A stretch of DNA of 33,365 bases from a virus (Duplodnaviria; Caudoviricetes), in the IMG/VR virus record IMGVR_UViG_3300027769_000086, positions 1 through 33,365 of that record. One strand, given 5' to 3'. The translations under genes and the position numbers were made by a program. The notes beneath the pieces were generated by a model. The model saw only the letters and a program-made list of their open reading frames with translations. It was not told the DNA's origin and searched no databases. Position 1 is the first letter of the stretch, and every line of letters begins with the position of its first letter. Shown in pieces: positions 17,929 through 27,385 of the stretch.

Positions 17929-19263
17929 TTACCCCCAGTTTGAAACTAAAATAGAAAGATCTGGTGCATCCACAATACCATTGCCATTTAGATCAGCTGG
18001 ATTATTGCCGAATGAGATTTGACCCCAGTTGCTAAGAATGATAGAAAGATCTTCGGAACCTACGGAACCGTTGTTATTAAGATCTCCTAAACGAGTTGAA
18101 CCAGTAATTACAGCAGCATAATGATTTCCATTTACTCGCATTCCTGGTGTATTTGATCCATAGATTTCAGTTCTTTGGATACTAGTCAATCCTTGCAATT
18201 GAGGAACAGTAGTTACTTGTGTAGTATTAAATAAACCAACTACATCAAAGTTTAAATTAACAAGTGTTTCTGGTTGAGTAACCATAAAATTACCACCTAG
18301 AAATCCATAGATAAACAGCAATCCTGTTCCATCTTGTGGTGGAATAACCTCATTAGTTCCAGAGAGATCACAACAAATACTATCTGGTTCGTTATTGGCT
18401 CCTGGAAATCCAGAAGCTCCATCCCATACATTTGGATTATTGTTTACAAGATCAATTCCAGTAAGTCGTAAATGGTTTGGATTCCAAGTAAAAGCAATAT
18501 CTGCGACCACATATCTTTGAGCAAAGGTTTGGGGAGAAACTTGCAAAGGAATTGAAATAGAATCTCCAAGTCCTACCTGTGTTTCTGGAGCAATACAAGA
18601 TAGATCAAGCTTCCATGTATTGGCTGTAGATCCTGTTACAGTTCGATTTACCAATCCTCCAGTTACATCGGTTGCTGGGTTAAGATACCCATAGACCTTG
18701 GTAAAGGCCGTGGGATATCCTGGAATTTGAATAGATGGGAGAATCTGAATCTGGGTGGTTTGTTGAATGAAATTGGAAATGCACTTCATATTGATCTTGT
18801 GCATACTGTTTCCCCAGCCGTTTGTATATTCAGATGCAGTTAATGCAATGCATTGATATGCTGGATATGTACCATTCCATGTTGCACTCTTCTGAATACG
18901 GAACATGGCATTCCCATCAGTAAGTGAATCATTTACTCCATTGGCAACTGAAGATGGCGATAAGGTTGGAGTTGTCTGGCTGATTCTTGCATCCAGTGCA
19001 GGAAAACTAGAAACATACTCAAACTTGGTTGGATCCCAAGATACAATTACATCTGCATATTCTAATCGTTGCTCGGCCCCTTCGCCACCAATTACAAGAT
19101 TAAAACTAAATGGTTCATTATAAGCAACTAAGTTATTCTGACCAACGGTACTTGAATGAATATCTCCAATTTTTACTCTAATTTTGGTATTTGGGTCATT
19201 GTTTACCTGAGCAAAGATGCTAGTACAAATCAAGAGAGATAATAAATAACTAATTAACTTCAT
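17929..19263 (-). CDS. Secreted protein: signal peptide, two cohesin-like domains and a C-terminal dockerin-like domain
   Basis: Signal peptide MKLISYLLSLLICTSIFA; duplicated domain (QRLEYADVIVSWDP / QRYVVADIAFTWNP); twin Ca-binding loops GDLNNNGSVGSEDLSIILSNWG and ADLNGNGIVDAPDLSILVSNWG. Confidence 0.8.
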   Translation of the reverse strand: MKLISYLLSLLICTSIFAQVNNDPNTKIRVKIGDIHSSTVGQNNLVAYNEPFSFNLVIGGEGAEQRLEYADVIVSWDPTKFEYVSSFPALDARISQTTPTLSPSSVANGVNDSLTDGNAMFRIQKSATWNGTYPAYQCIALTASEYTNGWGNSMHKINMKCISNFIQQTTQIQILPSIQIPGYPTAFTKVYGYLNPATDVTGGLVNRTVTGSTANTWKLDLSCIAPETQVGLGDSISIPLQVSPQTFAQRYVVADIAFTWNPNHLRLTGIDLVNNNPNVWDGASGFPGANNEPDSICCDLSGTNEVIPPQDGTGLLFIYGFLGGNFMVTQPETLVNLNFDVVGLFNTTQVTTVPQLQGLTSIQRTEIYGSNTPGMRVNGNHYAAVITGSTRLGDLNNNGSVGSEDLSIILSNWGQISFGNNPADLNGNGIVDAPDLSILVSNWG

Positions 19264-19272
19264 ATATTCTCC

Positions 19273-20733
19273 TTATTCAAAGTATCCTATGATTGTAATT
19301 TGTCCACGGAATTCTAATGAAGCGGTAGCAGCACCGTTTAATTGCTTTAGGATTATATGAAAATAAGTACCTGGGAAAACAACCAAGGGACCATTATCAA
19401 AATCAATATCAAAACCTTCACTAGATGTACCTATTGGTGCTGCTGCTAAGAAATTAGAAATACCTAATGGGATTCTTTTAGGTGAAACAGTTGTTGTTGA
19501 ATCTGTTGTAGCCAGTGAAACAGCAGAAGAACCTACCCCACAAGCCCAAAAAAACATTGTTGTATTAGCAGTAGCTGCTCCAGTAACTAACATCTTTGAA
19601 ACTCTAATTCCAGTAATATACAATGTCTTTGCTGGGATAGTAGTTGATCCAGCTGGATTAAGATATGCAAATAAAGCCCAATCTGTTTCATTGGTTGCAG
19701 TAGCAGCAAATCTATACTGACCACCTAATGTTGTATATCCTGCTGCTGTATTACTCAGTGTAGCTAATACGGGAGCTGTGCTATTTACCCAGTTTGCGGT
19801 TTGCCCTGGTGCAGTACCTGGTTGATTCTGATAAGATCCACCACCAGCACCACATAAAACATGAGGCCAAGTTTTGGTTGAGTTTTGATCACCAAGTGAA
19901 ACATTTATAAATCCAATATGAATTTGTCGTCCAGCCGAAGCAATTCCTGAATTCCTTACTCTATACATAAGTGTTTGAGATGTTGCAGAGGTTGGTGTTG
20001 GTTGGTTTCCTGGGCAATCTATGCTTGCAACTAAGGTATCATTAATCCAGAATCGACATACATCATTGTGTATAACTACTAAGAAATGATTTTCTTCTGC
20101 GGGGTCGTATAAACCAACGCCATCTTTACTTGGAATGTTGGTTGTATTAATTGTTACTTCTGTTTCGGTTCCGTTATAATTGATTACAGCTCTTAAAACT
20201 CCTGCATCGTTTCTTCTAAAGAATACTCCATCGGTTGGAACTGAGTTTGTAGCTGGAGATGAACCAATACCCCATTCTGATATTGCATTTTCAGCGGTGT
20301 GATTAGCTTCTTTTAACCAAGTGTCAAAATAAACCGGATAAGTTCCAAACAATGTAAATGTTCTTCGACTAAACACATAGACATAAGTTCCTGCTGTTGT
20401 TGTCAAACCCTGATTTAAAATCAAATGATTATTGGACTGAGCTGTTCCCATAGTAGATGTAGGAATATTGAACATATGGGCTTGTGTATTTCCACCTTCA
20501 AAGGATAGATTAAAAATACTCTGATCTACACCAACTCTTACTCTGTAGTCGTCTGATATTTCCATAGGAAGAACTGTTCTTGTTCCTAGTACCACACCAG
20601 AATCTATTTCTGAACTGACCTGTACAAAGCCAGCATTCTCTTCTACTTGAGGAGTAACAACATTTAATTCATATGTTGCTGTTACATTTGCTTTTCCTGC
20701 TGAGCTGCCACCGCCTTGAATATTAATTGCCAT
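19273..20733 (-). CDS. Hypothetical structural protein (486 aa), beta-sandwich/lectin-like
   Basis: ORF track; SD AAGGAG; DGVFFR...CRFWINDTLVASI resembles a ConA/LamG-like core (inference). Confidence 0.65.
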   Translation of the reverse strand: MAINIQGGGSSAGKANVTATYELNVVTPQVEENAGFVQVSSEIDSGVVLGTRTVLPMEISDDYRVRVGVDQSIFNLSFEGGNTQAHMFNIPTSTMGTAQSNNHLILNQGLTTTAGTYVYVFSRRTFTLFGTYPVYFDTWLKEANHTAENAISEWGIGSSPATNSVPTDGVFFRRNDAGVLRAVINYNGTETEVTINTTNIPSKDGVGLYDPAEENHFLVVIHNDVCRFWINDTLVASIDCPGNQPTPTSATSQTLMYRVRNSGIASAGRQIHIGFINVSLGDQNSTKTWPHVLCGAGGGSYQNQPGTAPGQTANWVNSTAPVLATLSNTAAGYTTLGGQYRFAATATNETDWALFAYLNPAGSTTIPAKTLYITGIRVSKMLVTGAATANTTMFFWACGVGSSAVSLATTDSTTTVSPKRIPLGISNFLAAAPIGTSSEGFDIDFDNGPLVVFPGTYFHIILKQLNGAATASLEFRGQITIIGYFE

Positions 20734-20743
20734 TTAACTCTCC

Positions 20744-21907
20744 TTATACTTCATAAGCTATTATATCGTAAATACCAAATGTTCCATTAGGAGCATAGGC
20801 TTTAATAACAAAACCAGCACCTGGTGTTAACTTTGTAACTATACAGTTAATGTTTTCCAATATAAAATCGGTTATTGAATGTCCATGTGATTGGGTTGGA
20901 TTGCAACGTATCTGTATATTTGATGTAGAAGTTACCCATGTTTGGCCTGTAACTATTGTTTCAGTTGTGGTTTCATTTGAATTGTTTCCAAAGTCAATAG
21001 AAGTATTTACAGAATTTGATGCACCAATTCCACCTGGAAATTGGTTTTTCCATAATCCACTTAGGTTATCATAAGTTAATACCTGACCATCTTGTGGGCC
21101 ACTGATTAATACATCGTGTAGTTCATATAGTTCTTGTCCATTTGTAATGTGAACATAGATGGATCCTGCCCCACCCCCAGCCTTCTTTACTAACCAACCT
21201 ACATGAACTCCGTGGGCTGGTTGAGTTGGCCTAGTTGTTGTTATTTCTCCAGCTGTCTCTGATAACCAAAGCATGGAACCTTCTGCTCCTGCTAGGGAGC
21301 TGGTACTAATACCCTTTAGGTAGCCTTGGGTTATGATGAAACCTTCTGAATTGATGCCAATATTTTCTGCGGCTATGCCCATTGTAGGGGCTGCTGTGGC
21401 TTCTGAGCTTGCGTCTGCTAGTCCTACAGTAATGTTTGCGGCTCCGTGTGAACCCGTGACATACATTACTTGACCTTTGATGATAGTGACCCCCGTGTTA
21501 TTCCTGATCTTCTTGTACATTGCTTGCCCTAGAGCAAGATTGATGTTTGCGTTTAGCCCAAGTAACAGGGTGGAATACTCTGAATCCCACAGTAATCTAC
21601 CCTGAGCCATTGTTGTACTTGCTGGGGTTAGATTAAAATTAAGTTCATCTAAGGTTAGGCTTTTTGGCAAGGTGCTTACCTTTGCCTCGACATCGGCTAG
21701 TCTAACAAATATAGAAGAAATATTATCTTGATTTTTTTGTACCTTTTCTTGGATGTATATGAACAATCCATTAAAGGATGTAAGGGTGTTTTCGTGCTTT
21801 CCTACTTGTATTTCTATTGCCTCAAGTTCTGCTTGCTGAGCAAGGAATAGTGGTGTTGTCTTGGCTTCAGCAAGTCGCCTAGCAACAGCTGATTGCTTTC
21901 TGTCCAT
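20744..21907 (-). CDS. Fibre-like structural protein (387 aa)
   Basis: N-terminal coiled coil. ELHDVLISGPQDGQVLTYD..SGLWKN resembles NLQDVIITNAEDTHILVYD..VSKWKN of the tail fibre. Confidence 0.65.
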   Translation of the reverse strand: MDRKQSAVARRLAEAKTTPLFLAQQAELEAIEIQVGKHENTLTSFNGLFIYIQEKVQKNQDNISSIFVRLADVEAKVSTLPKSLTLDELNFNLTPASTTMAQGRLLWDSEYSTLLLGLNANINLALGQAMYKKIRNNTGVTIIKGQVMYVTGSHGAANITVGLADASSEATAAPTMGIAAENIGINSEGFIITQGYLKGISTSSLAGAEGSMLWLSETAGEITTTRPTQPAHGVHVGWLVKKAGGGAGSIYVHITNGQELYELHDVLISGPQDGQVLTYDNLSGLWKNQFPGGIGASNSVNTSIDFGNNSNETTTETIVTGQTWVTSTSNIQIRCNPTQSHGHSITDFILENINCIVTKLTPGAGFVIKAYAPNGTFGIYDIIAYEV

Positions 21908-22206
21908 TATCCCTTACACTTTCTACCCTTGGGACAAGAGGCTTTAGAACCACTAGGTCCTGCCCAAAGATTCTTACAGGCCCAGTATCTAGCACTTAGT
22001 TTATTATCCGCAGAGTCGCAGTTATGCCGTGCTTTGAAAGACTTACGAGCTTCCGAACTATAATTGTGACCATAACCTTTTGCTCCAAAGTGTATGATTT
22101 TTTCTTGTCCATTGGCACAAGCTTTGACCATTTTTTTCTTGCCAGCCGAAGTAGAGGCTCTTGGTTTATTACAGGGCATTGATTTTTTATCGGGTCTTTT
22201 AGCCAT
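21907..22206 (-). CDS. Small basic Cys-containing protein (99 aa) with HFGAKGY...FKARHNC...ARYWAC motif
   Basis: ORF track; SD AGGAGG; overlaps the portal stop. Function unknown. Confidence 0.8.
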   Translation of the reverse strand: MAKRPDKKSMPCNKPRASTSAGKKKMVKACANGQEKIIHFGAKGYGHNYSSEARKSFKARHNCDSADNKLSARYWACKNLWAGPSGSKASCPKGRKCKG

Positions 22207-23803
22207 TGGGTTGTCCTCCTAGCATCTGCATTGCTTGCTGACTGAGTTCTGGTGGGATGTTTGCACCACCAGTATTCATTAGATCTTGTTGAGCAGCACC
22301 GCCCATAGCCTGAGCAGCAGCACCAGCAAACATCTTCTGCATTTCCATTTGTTGTTGGGCTTTTGCCATTTCCATCTTTTCTTTGCGTAGTTCTTCTGCA
22401 CTACGGACCCAGTTGTTGGCATCAAAACCCATAGCCGTGATCAGGGCTCTAGCATAAGACTCCCACTTGAAGGAAGAAGCAGCTTCTGGTGGAAGATTGC
22501 GAACCATCTCACCCATCTGGAGCAATTTGGTGATGTCTGATTCACGGCTAAGGGATTGAAGACCCGTAAGGATTTCGATATTGAGGATGCCATTCTCCTC
22601 GTCAAACTGATCTGCCATGCGCTGATCAATCTCATTGTTTTCAATCATTAGGTAGATTGTTCTACGAATAATGGGAACCATGAAGTCTCTGGCAATTGCA
22701 GAGAAGGTACCACCTAGGATTGTTTCTAACTCGTTGCCTACGGCTCTTACGGCTGTGGCTGTGACACGATCTCCTGTAGGCATGGCTGCTGTCTGTAATA
22801 GGAAACCTTGACCTACTTCTTTACGCATTGCATCTACGGCTGTGCTACAAGCCTGTAGCTGTGGATTGATTGTCTCACCTGGGGTAATGACAAACACATC
22901 CTGCTTCCTAGCACCAACCCATTGACCATTTTGCGCGCCTGAAAGATCATCAATCTCGGTAATACCAGCTGGATCTACACCCATAAAGAACGTTGAACCC
23001 GCTGCCATACCTTGAATCATGGCACGACTATAGGATTCTAGTGTTCTGATATCTGAATAAATATCTTCGACATGGCCTCGGCCATAGTCTTCGCCAGCAA
23101 CACTAGCCCAGCGCAAAATAACATAAGGAAGAACAGAATAGAAACCTTTGTCGATAATTTCTCCTTCAAGTTCTTTGTGGACTTCCCAGAGGTTTTCTTC
23201 GTTTTGGAAGACTCGGATATATACTGTTTTAAAACCTGTTTGTTTTTCCTCGCCCGAAAGGAAGTCATAGGCACTGGCTGGCTCCTCGTTACTAGGGGAA
23301 ATGAATTCAAGATAGATGAATTCCTTTACCGAGCCGTTTACATCACGCCGAACTACAAACTGATCTAAACGAATTACTCGAAAAGAATAATCATTTTCCA
23401 TTACGATTAGCACATCTCCAACTACAATGAGATGCTGCATTGCAAGATAGGAAATCTCACGAAGATTGTTTGAAATAAGTTTTCTATAGACCTGAAAAGA
23501 CAACTTGCTTAGATACTCTGCAATCTCTGGGGTTGGTTCTCGACCATTCCTAAGTCCAAATGTAAAGAACGGAGTATCGTTTAGCGGAATAAGAACACTG
23601 AGGATCTTGCTGGCAAGGGATGTAACGCCTCGGGATTGAACTGAAGAATAAGTCTGAAAGAGATTATCTTCTCCAGTCAGGCTTTGATAAGGCAGTAACG
23701 TAGGTACTGTTAGTGCTGAACAAGCCCTAGCTTTGTTCAACTTGGACTCTCTCTTTGCATTGAGGGTCCACCAGCGATCTTTAATGGTCTTTTCAGCGTT
23801 CAT
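22199..23803 (-). CDS. Portal / head-tail connector (T7 gp8-like)
   Basis: SRGVTSLASKIL..LIP...PFF, VVRRDVNG, GEDYGRGHVE, DRVTATAVR..ELE..LGG.FS and EILTGLQSLSR. Confidence 0.97.
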   Translation of the reverse strand: MNAEKTIKDRWWTLNAKRESKLNKARACSALTVPTLLPYQSLTGEDNLFQTYSSVQSRGVTSLASKILSVLIPLNDTPFFTFGLRNGREPTPEIAEYLSKLSFQVYRKLISNNLREISYLAMQHLIVVGDVLIVMENDYSFRVIRLDQFVVRRDVNGSVKEFIYLEFISPSNEEPASAYDFLSGEEKQTGFKTVYIRVFQNEENLWEVHKELEGEIIDKGFYSVLPYVILRWASVAGEDYGRGHVEDIYSDIRTLESYSRAMIQGMAAGSTFFMGVDPAGITEIDDLSGAQNGQWVGARKQDVFVITPGETINPQLQACSTAVDAMRKEVGQGFLLQTAAMPTGDRVTATAVRAVGNELETILGGTFSAIARDFMVPIIRRTIYLMIENNEIDQRMADQFDEENGILNIEILTGLQSLSRESDITKLLQMGEMVRNLPPEAASSFKWESYARALITAMGFDANNWVRSAEELRKEKMEMAKAQQQMEMQKMFAGAAAQAMGGAAQQDLMNTGGANIPPELSQQAMQMLGGQPNG

Positions 23804-23812
23804 TGTCTCTCC

Positions 23813-24163
23813 TTATAGTGGTCTATCTAGATCTTCGTAACCAGGTCTTTCAATGGTAGGCATGGCAAGATTAAAGCCACCACCAAACTCACTGCTTTCT
23901 TTGGTAGTCTGGCCTTGCATTTCTTGAAAGACTGCAGCTTCTTGTTGTTCTTGTTCTTGAAGCATGGTTTCTTTTTCTGCCGCAGCTTCTCGTCTACGGA
24001 TAAGTTCATCTTGTCGTTCTCGTTCTCTCTCTTGACGCATACGATCTTCAGCTTCCCTTTGATATTGCTGTTGCATACGCATCTGTCTTTCCATCATTTG
24101 TTCTTGTCTTCTCATTTCCTGTTCGAAATTGACTTGTGGAAATCCACCACCCTTTTTAGGCAT
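23813..24163 (-). CDS. Q/E/R-rich coiled-coil protein upstream of the portal (gp6.7/7.3 position)
   Basis: Likely start MPKKGGG at 24163 with SD GGAGG. Confidence 0.7.
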   Translation of the reverse strand: MPKKGGGFPQVNFEQEMRRQEQMMERQMRMQQQYQREAEDRMRQERERERQDELIRRREAAAEKETMLQEQEQQEAAVFQEMQGQTTKESSEFGGGFNLAMPTIERPGYEDLDRPL

Positions 24164-24164
24164 A

Positions 24165-24338
24165 TTAACCTCCCTTTTCTTGCTGTTCACATAAAGATTT
24201 TAGTTTGGCCAAAACCTCTAATTGACCAGCCTTAAAGCCGCGTTCATAGTCCTTTAGCTTTAGGTCGTTTGGACTTAGGGTTATGGTCTTCTCCAGATAC
24301 TGGATCAGTTCCCTCCGAATGTACAGGTTCTCTTTCAT
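24165..24338 (-). CDS. Hypothetical protein, 57 aa: MKENLYIRRELIQYLEKTITLSPNDLKLKDYERGFKAGQLEVLAKLKSLCEQQEKGG
   Basis: Translated by hand (below the ORF-track cutoff); ends 1 nt before the next ATG. The ELIxYLE...FKAGQxEV pattern resembles small pre-portal proteins of T7-like phages (from recall). Confidence 0.7.
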   Translation of the reverse strand: MKENLYIRRELIQYLEKTITLSPNDLKLKDYERGFKAGQLEVLAKLKSLCEQQEKGG

Positions 24339-24447
24339 TCTTCTTATCCATTTCTATTTTGTGGATATACGCTAAACAAAAAGAAAGGTCAGGGTCCTTG
24401 ATGGACCCCGCCTTCCACTTTCGCAGTAATAAGTCAAGCTTGTTCAT
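24244..24447 (-). CDS. Hypothetical protein (67 aa)
   Basis: ORF track; overlaps both neighbours. Confidence 0.5.
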   Translation of the reverse strand: MNKLDLLLRKWKAGSIKDPDLSFCLAYIHKIEMDKKNEREPVHSEGTDPVSGEDHNPKSKRPKAKGL

Positions 24448-24661
24448 TTGATTTTACCATGATGTTAAGGTGGAACTCTTTCTCACCTGGTTCTATTTTA
24501 TTCTCTATTAATTGCTCTTTTAGATTATCTAAAAAGATTCCAACCATCGTCATGTTATTAAAACCGACATTCAATGTACAGTTCTTTAGCTTAACTAGTT
24601 TCATAGTTTCGGCTAACGCCTGATCCATATCATATTCGGATTCAATATACATTGTTGACAT
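24434..24661 (-). CDS. Hypothetical protein (75 aa), MSTMYIESEY...
   Basis: Likely start at 24661 with SD AAGGAG just after the RNR stop. Confidence 0.7.
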   Translation of the reverse strand: MSTMYIESEYDMDQALAETMKLVKLKNCTLNVGFNNMTMVGIFLDNLKEQLIENKIEPGEKEFHLNIMVKSNEQA

Positions 24662-24672
24662 TGAAAAACTCC

Positions 24673-26589
24673 TTATGTAATTTCGCAGCCATTGGCTGTA
24701 CATGCTAGCGCACGGGCATTAGTAGTACCATCTTCTGTCTCGTAATTGGACAGGAGATTAAAATTAACGTTAGTTGGCATAGCATCGTTCAGCTTATTGT
24801 ACTGTTCTTCGGTGATTGCTTCGAATGGTGCTTGCTGATATACATGGTTATCCTTCGGCAAGAAAGAAATGCCAGATACCATGTCCCAGTGCTTCCATAA
24901 CCAACCACCAATATGCATAAAGTCGTTGTCAGTATAGTTTACAGTAATGCTTGGCTTGTGATCGCAATACCATGCTTGGTATGCTAGCCATAGATTAAGA
25001 TGTCCAATTGCATTGATTTGTTCTTCAGTAATGCCAAAGTCAGCCTTGATTGGGAATGAGAAGATCAGGGTATGATCAGGCTTCATTACACAAGGCTCGC
25101 TTGGGACACCAGAATCAATCATGAACTTAGCCATAGGTGAGTTCTTATCCATTCTAATTCGACGGATATAGAACTTGCTATAGCGTGGATGTAGACCAGA
25201 TGCAGTTCCTGCTACACAGGAAGTGGTACCTTCTGGCTTAATACAGGTAATAGACTTGGATGGATTGATACCAAGATATCCAGCCCACTTTTCATTGACC
25301 TTACGAGCAACAAATTTAAGAGCACCAAGTAGTTTCTGTAGTTCTTCTGGACCATTGCCACCATTTGTTAGATTGTTATCGAAGATGCCAGTCATTGATA
25401 CACCAAGCAAACGCTCTTCTTCACAGTTGTTCTTGAAAGAAGTATTGTTGTTTGATGCAAAGTAGGTAAAGTTAGTTAACGCACTTTGTAAAGTACCAAG
25501 GATTGTTGCAAGACGAATCTTATCAATCAGCTGTGGTGCCTGATCATCAGGACGTACCGCAATGGTTGATAGATTGCAGAATTGATTTGGCCTGAGGATA
25601 ATCTCAGAGCATGGATTGGTTCCAAACTCAAACTCTGTAACTCGTCCAGCACGCTTGGCAATCATACGCATAGCCTCTCTGTTGCAAATACCACGCTCGC
25701 CTGAGCGGGAATTGTACAACGAAGACCACTCGTGCATAAAGGAACCCATGTCTGGCTTGGATTCATATACAGCCGAGTTATTAGCCAAGGCTCTATGACC
25801 TTCCTTTTCCCACCAGGGGCCACTCTTGGCGTGTGCCATCTCGTAATCAGATAGGTCCGACAAACTAATCAGAGCCGAGCGGCGTACACCACCCGAGATG
25901 ATTGAGTCGGCAATCTGACAAACAAGATCATGTACTTCAATTGGCTTGAGCTTGCGGCCCCGAGCCTCGTAGAATACATTTGCAGTGAACTTAATAAGTC
26001 TGATAAACGGCTCAGGTCCAGAGGCTCGACCACCAAAGGTCTTTAGTCTGGCTCCTGAGGGACGGATTTGGCTAGTATCTACAGTTAGGTGATGACCATT
26101 GTATAGGTGGTCAATGAATTGCCTATAGGCATTTGCCCATCCTTCCCGAGAATCTTCTACAACAATAGATCTATCTGTTTTGACAATTGTATCATGGATA
26201 GTAGGGAGTTGTTGAACATTCTTCTTTTCGACCGAGAACCCAACACCAGTACCACAAGCTAGGGTATACAGAATATTGGATAGATCCTGGGTTGATTGGA
26301 CGGCTACATAGCAGCAGTTATAAGCAGCTACGTCATCCTTATCCAAAGCGGGTCCAGCGGTCATTAGTGCTCGCATTGACCCGAAGATCTGACGATTCTT
26401 CATCATTTCACGGGCAGCACCAATCTCTTTCATTTCTTCTAGGGGAACCTTGGATGTGATATCTAACCGCTTGATTAGATAATCAAAGTAACGATCCACG
26501 GCCTCTTCCCAAGTCTCTCTACGATTCTGATCTGGTAGCCAGCGACAATACTTATCCACTGCTACAAAATCTTCAAATACTTTGCTCAT
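24673..26589 (-). CDS. nrdJ: Class II (adenosylcobalamin-dependent) ribonucleotide reductase, monomeric RTPR-type
   Basis: RRETWEE, YNC, GTGVGFSVE, KTFGGRASGPEP, GGVRRSALI, TNPCSEI, FCNL, TCIKPEGT, CDHKPS, YQQAPFE and C-terminal LACTANGCEI. No NrdB gene nearby. Confidence 0.93.
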   Translation of the reverse strand: MSKVFEDFVAVDKYCRWLPDQNRRETWEEAVDRYFDYLIKRLDITSKVPLEEMKEIGAAREMMKNRQIFGSMRALMTAGPALDKDDVAAYNCCYVAVQSTQDLSNILYTLACGTGVGFSVEKKNVQQLPTIHDTIVKTDRSIVVEDSREGWANAYRQFIDHLYNGHHLTVDTSQIRPSGARLKTFGGRASGPEPFIRLIKFTANVFYEARGRKLKPIEVHDLVCQIADSIISGGVRRSALISLSDLSDYEMAHAKSGPWWEKEGHRALANNSAVYESKPDMGSFMHEWSSLYNSRSGERGICNREAMRMIAKRAGRVTEFEFGTNPCSEIILRPNQFCNLSTIAVRPDDQAPQLIDKIRLATILGTLQSALTNFTYFASNNNTSFKNNCEEERLLGVSMTGIFDNNLTNGGNGPEELQKLLGALKFVARKVNEKWAGYLGINPSKSITCIKPEGTTSCVAGTASGLHPRYSKFYIRRIRMDKNSPMAKFMIDSGVPSEPCVMKPDHTLIFSFPIKADFGITEEQINAIGHLNLWLAYQAWYCDHKPSITVNYTDNDFMHIGGWLWKHWDMVSGISFLPKDNHVYQQAPFEAITEEQYNKLNDAMPTNVNFNLLSNYETEDGTTNARALACTANGCEIT

Positions 26590-27385
26590 TGATTACTCCC
26601 TTGTCTAAATCCAAAATGTTTCTAACTCCGTGGTTATTTGGACACCACAGGTTGATTGTATTACTTTCCTTGTCATAATCGCCATGACGAAGGATACGAA
26701 CGCACCTAGCTTGGGCTAGGGCAAAATCTTTACGGAACATATCAAGAGGACGCTTTTCCTCGGGTCGTTTAGCCCAATCTTCATCCTGATACATTGCCAT
26801 AATCCCTGAATCCCATTCTTCAGGGGGATGGTTTTCTAGGAATTTCTTAGCCTTGGCAGGACCTACCTTCCAAAGACCCCAGATATTATCCGTGGTATCT
26901 CCAGTCATCCACTGTTGGTAGAAATACTTATCGGCCTCTTCGCCAGACACCAGGACTGGTTCTGATTCCTTGTCTGGATTCCAGTGCCACCCAGGAATCT
27001 GTCTGAGATCCTTGTCTACTGTTATGCCCACGGCCTGACCTGACGACACCAGCATTCCAATAAGATCGTCTGCTTCCAGGTTGTTGACACACCTTACCGT
27101 TGTATTTTCTACATCGTAGATAGTCTCTAGTGCAACAGACATTGACTCTGGCGACTTGAAATCCTCCCTGTGTTTCTTGTAAGCAGGCCAAAACATTCTC
27201 CTATAGTTGTTGGTTCGTGGACAAGACATGGCAATGTAGATTGTATCTACACCCTGCGGCGTCCAGTTCTTAATGTCTTGATTGATACGACCTGGTAGGT
27301 CTTCTATGCCCTCGGCATCTGCCCAGAAGGCAGCCCTATAGGCAATGATATCTCCATCAAGAATCGCTGTTGTCGGCATCATCAT
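26573..27385 (-). CDS. 5'-3' exonuclease (T7 gp6-like)
   Basis: ILDGDIIAY, NYRR...YK, LEADDLIG, VDKDLRQIPG, GDTTDN..G..KVGP. Likely start at the Met run from 27385 (SD GAGGA). Confidence 0.92.
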   Translation of the reverse strand: MMMPTTAILDGDIIAYRAAFWADAEGIEDLPGRINQDIKNWTPQGVDTIYIAMSCPRTNNYRRMFWPAYKKHREDFKSPESMSVALETIYDVENTTVRCVNNLEADDLIGMLVSSGQAVGITVDKDLRQIPGWHWNPDKESEPVLVSGEEADKYFYQQWMTGDTTDNIWGLWKVGPAKAKKFLENHPPEEWDSGIMAMYQDEDWAKRPEEKRPLDMFRKDFALAQARCVRILRHGDYDKESNTINLWCPNNHGVRNILDLDKGVINEQSI

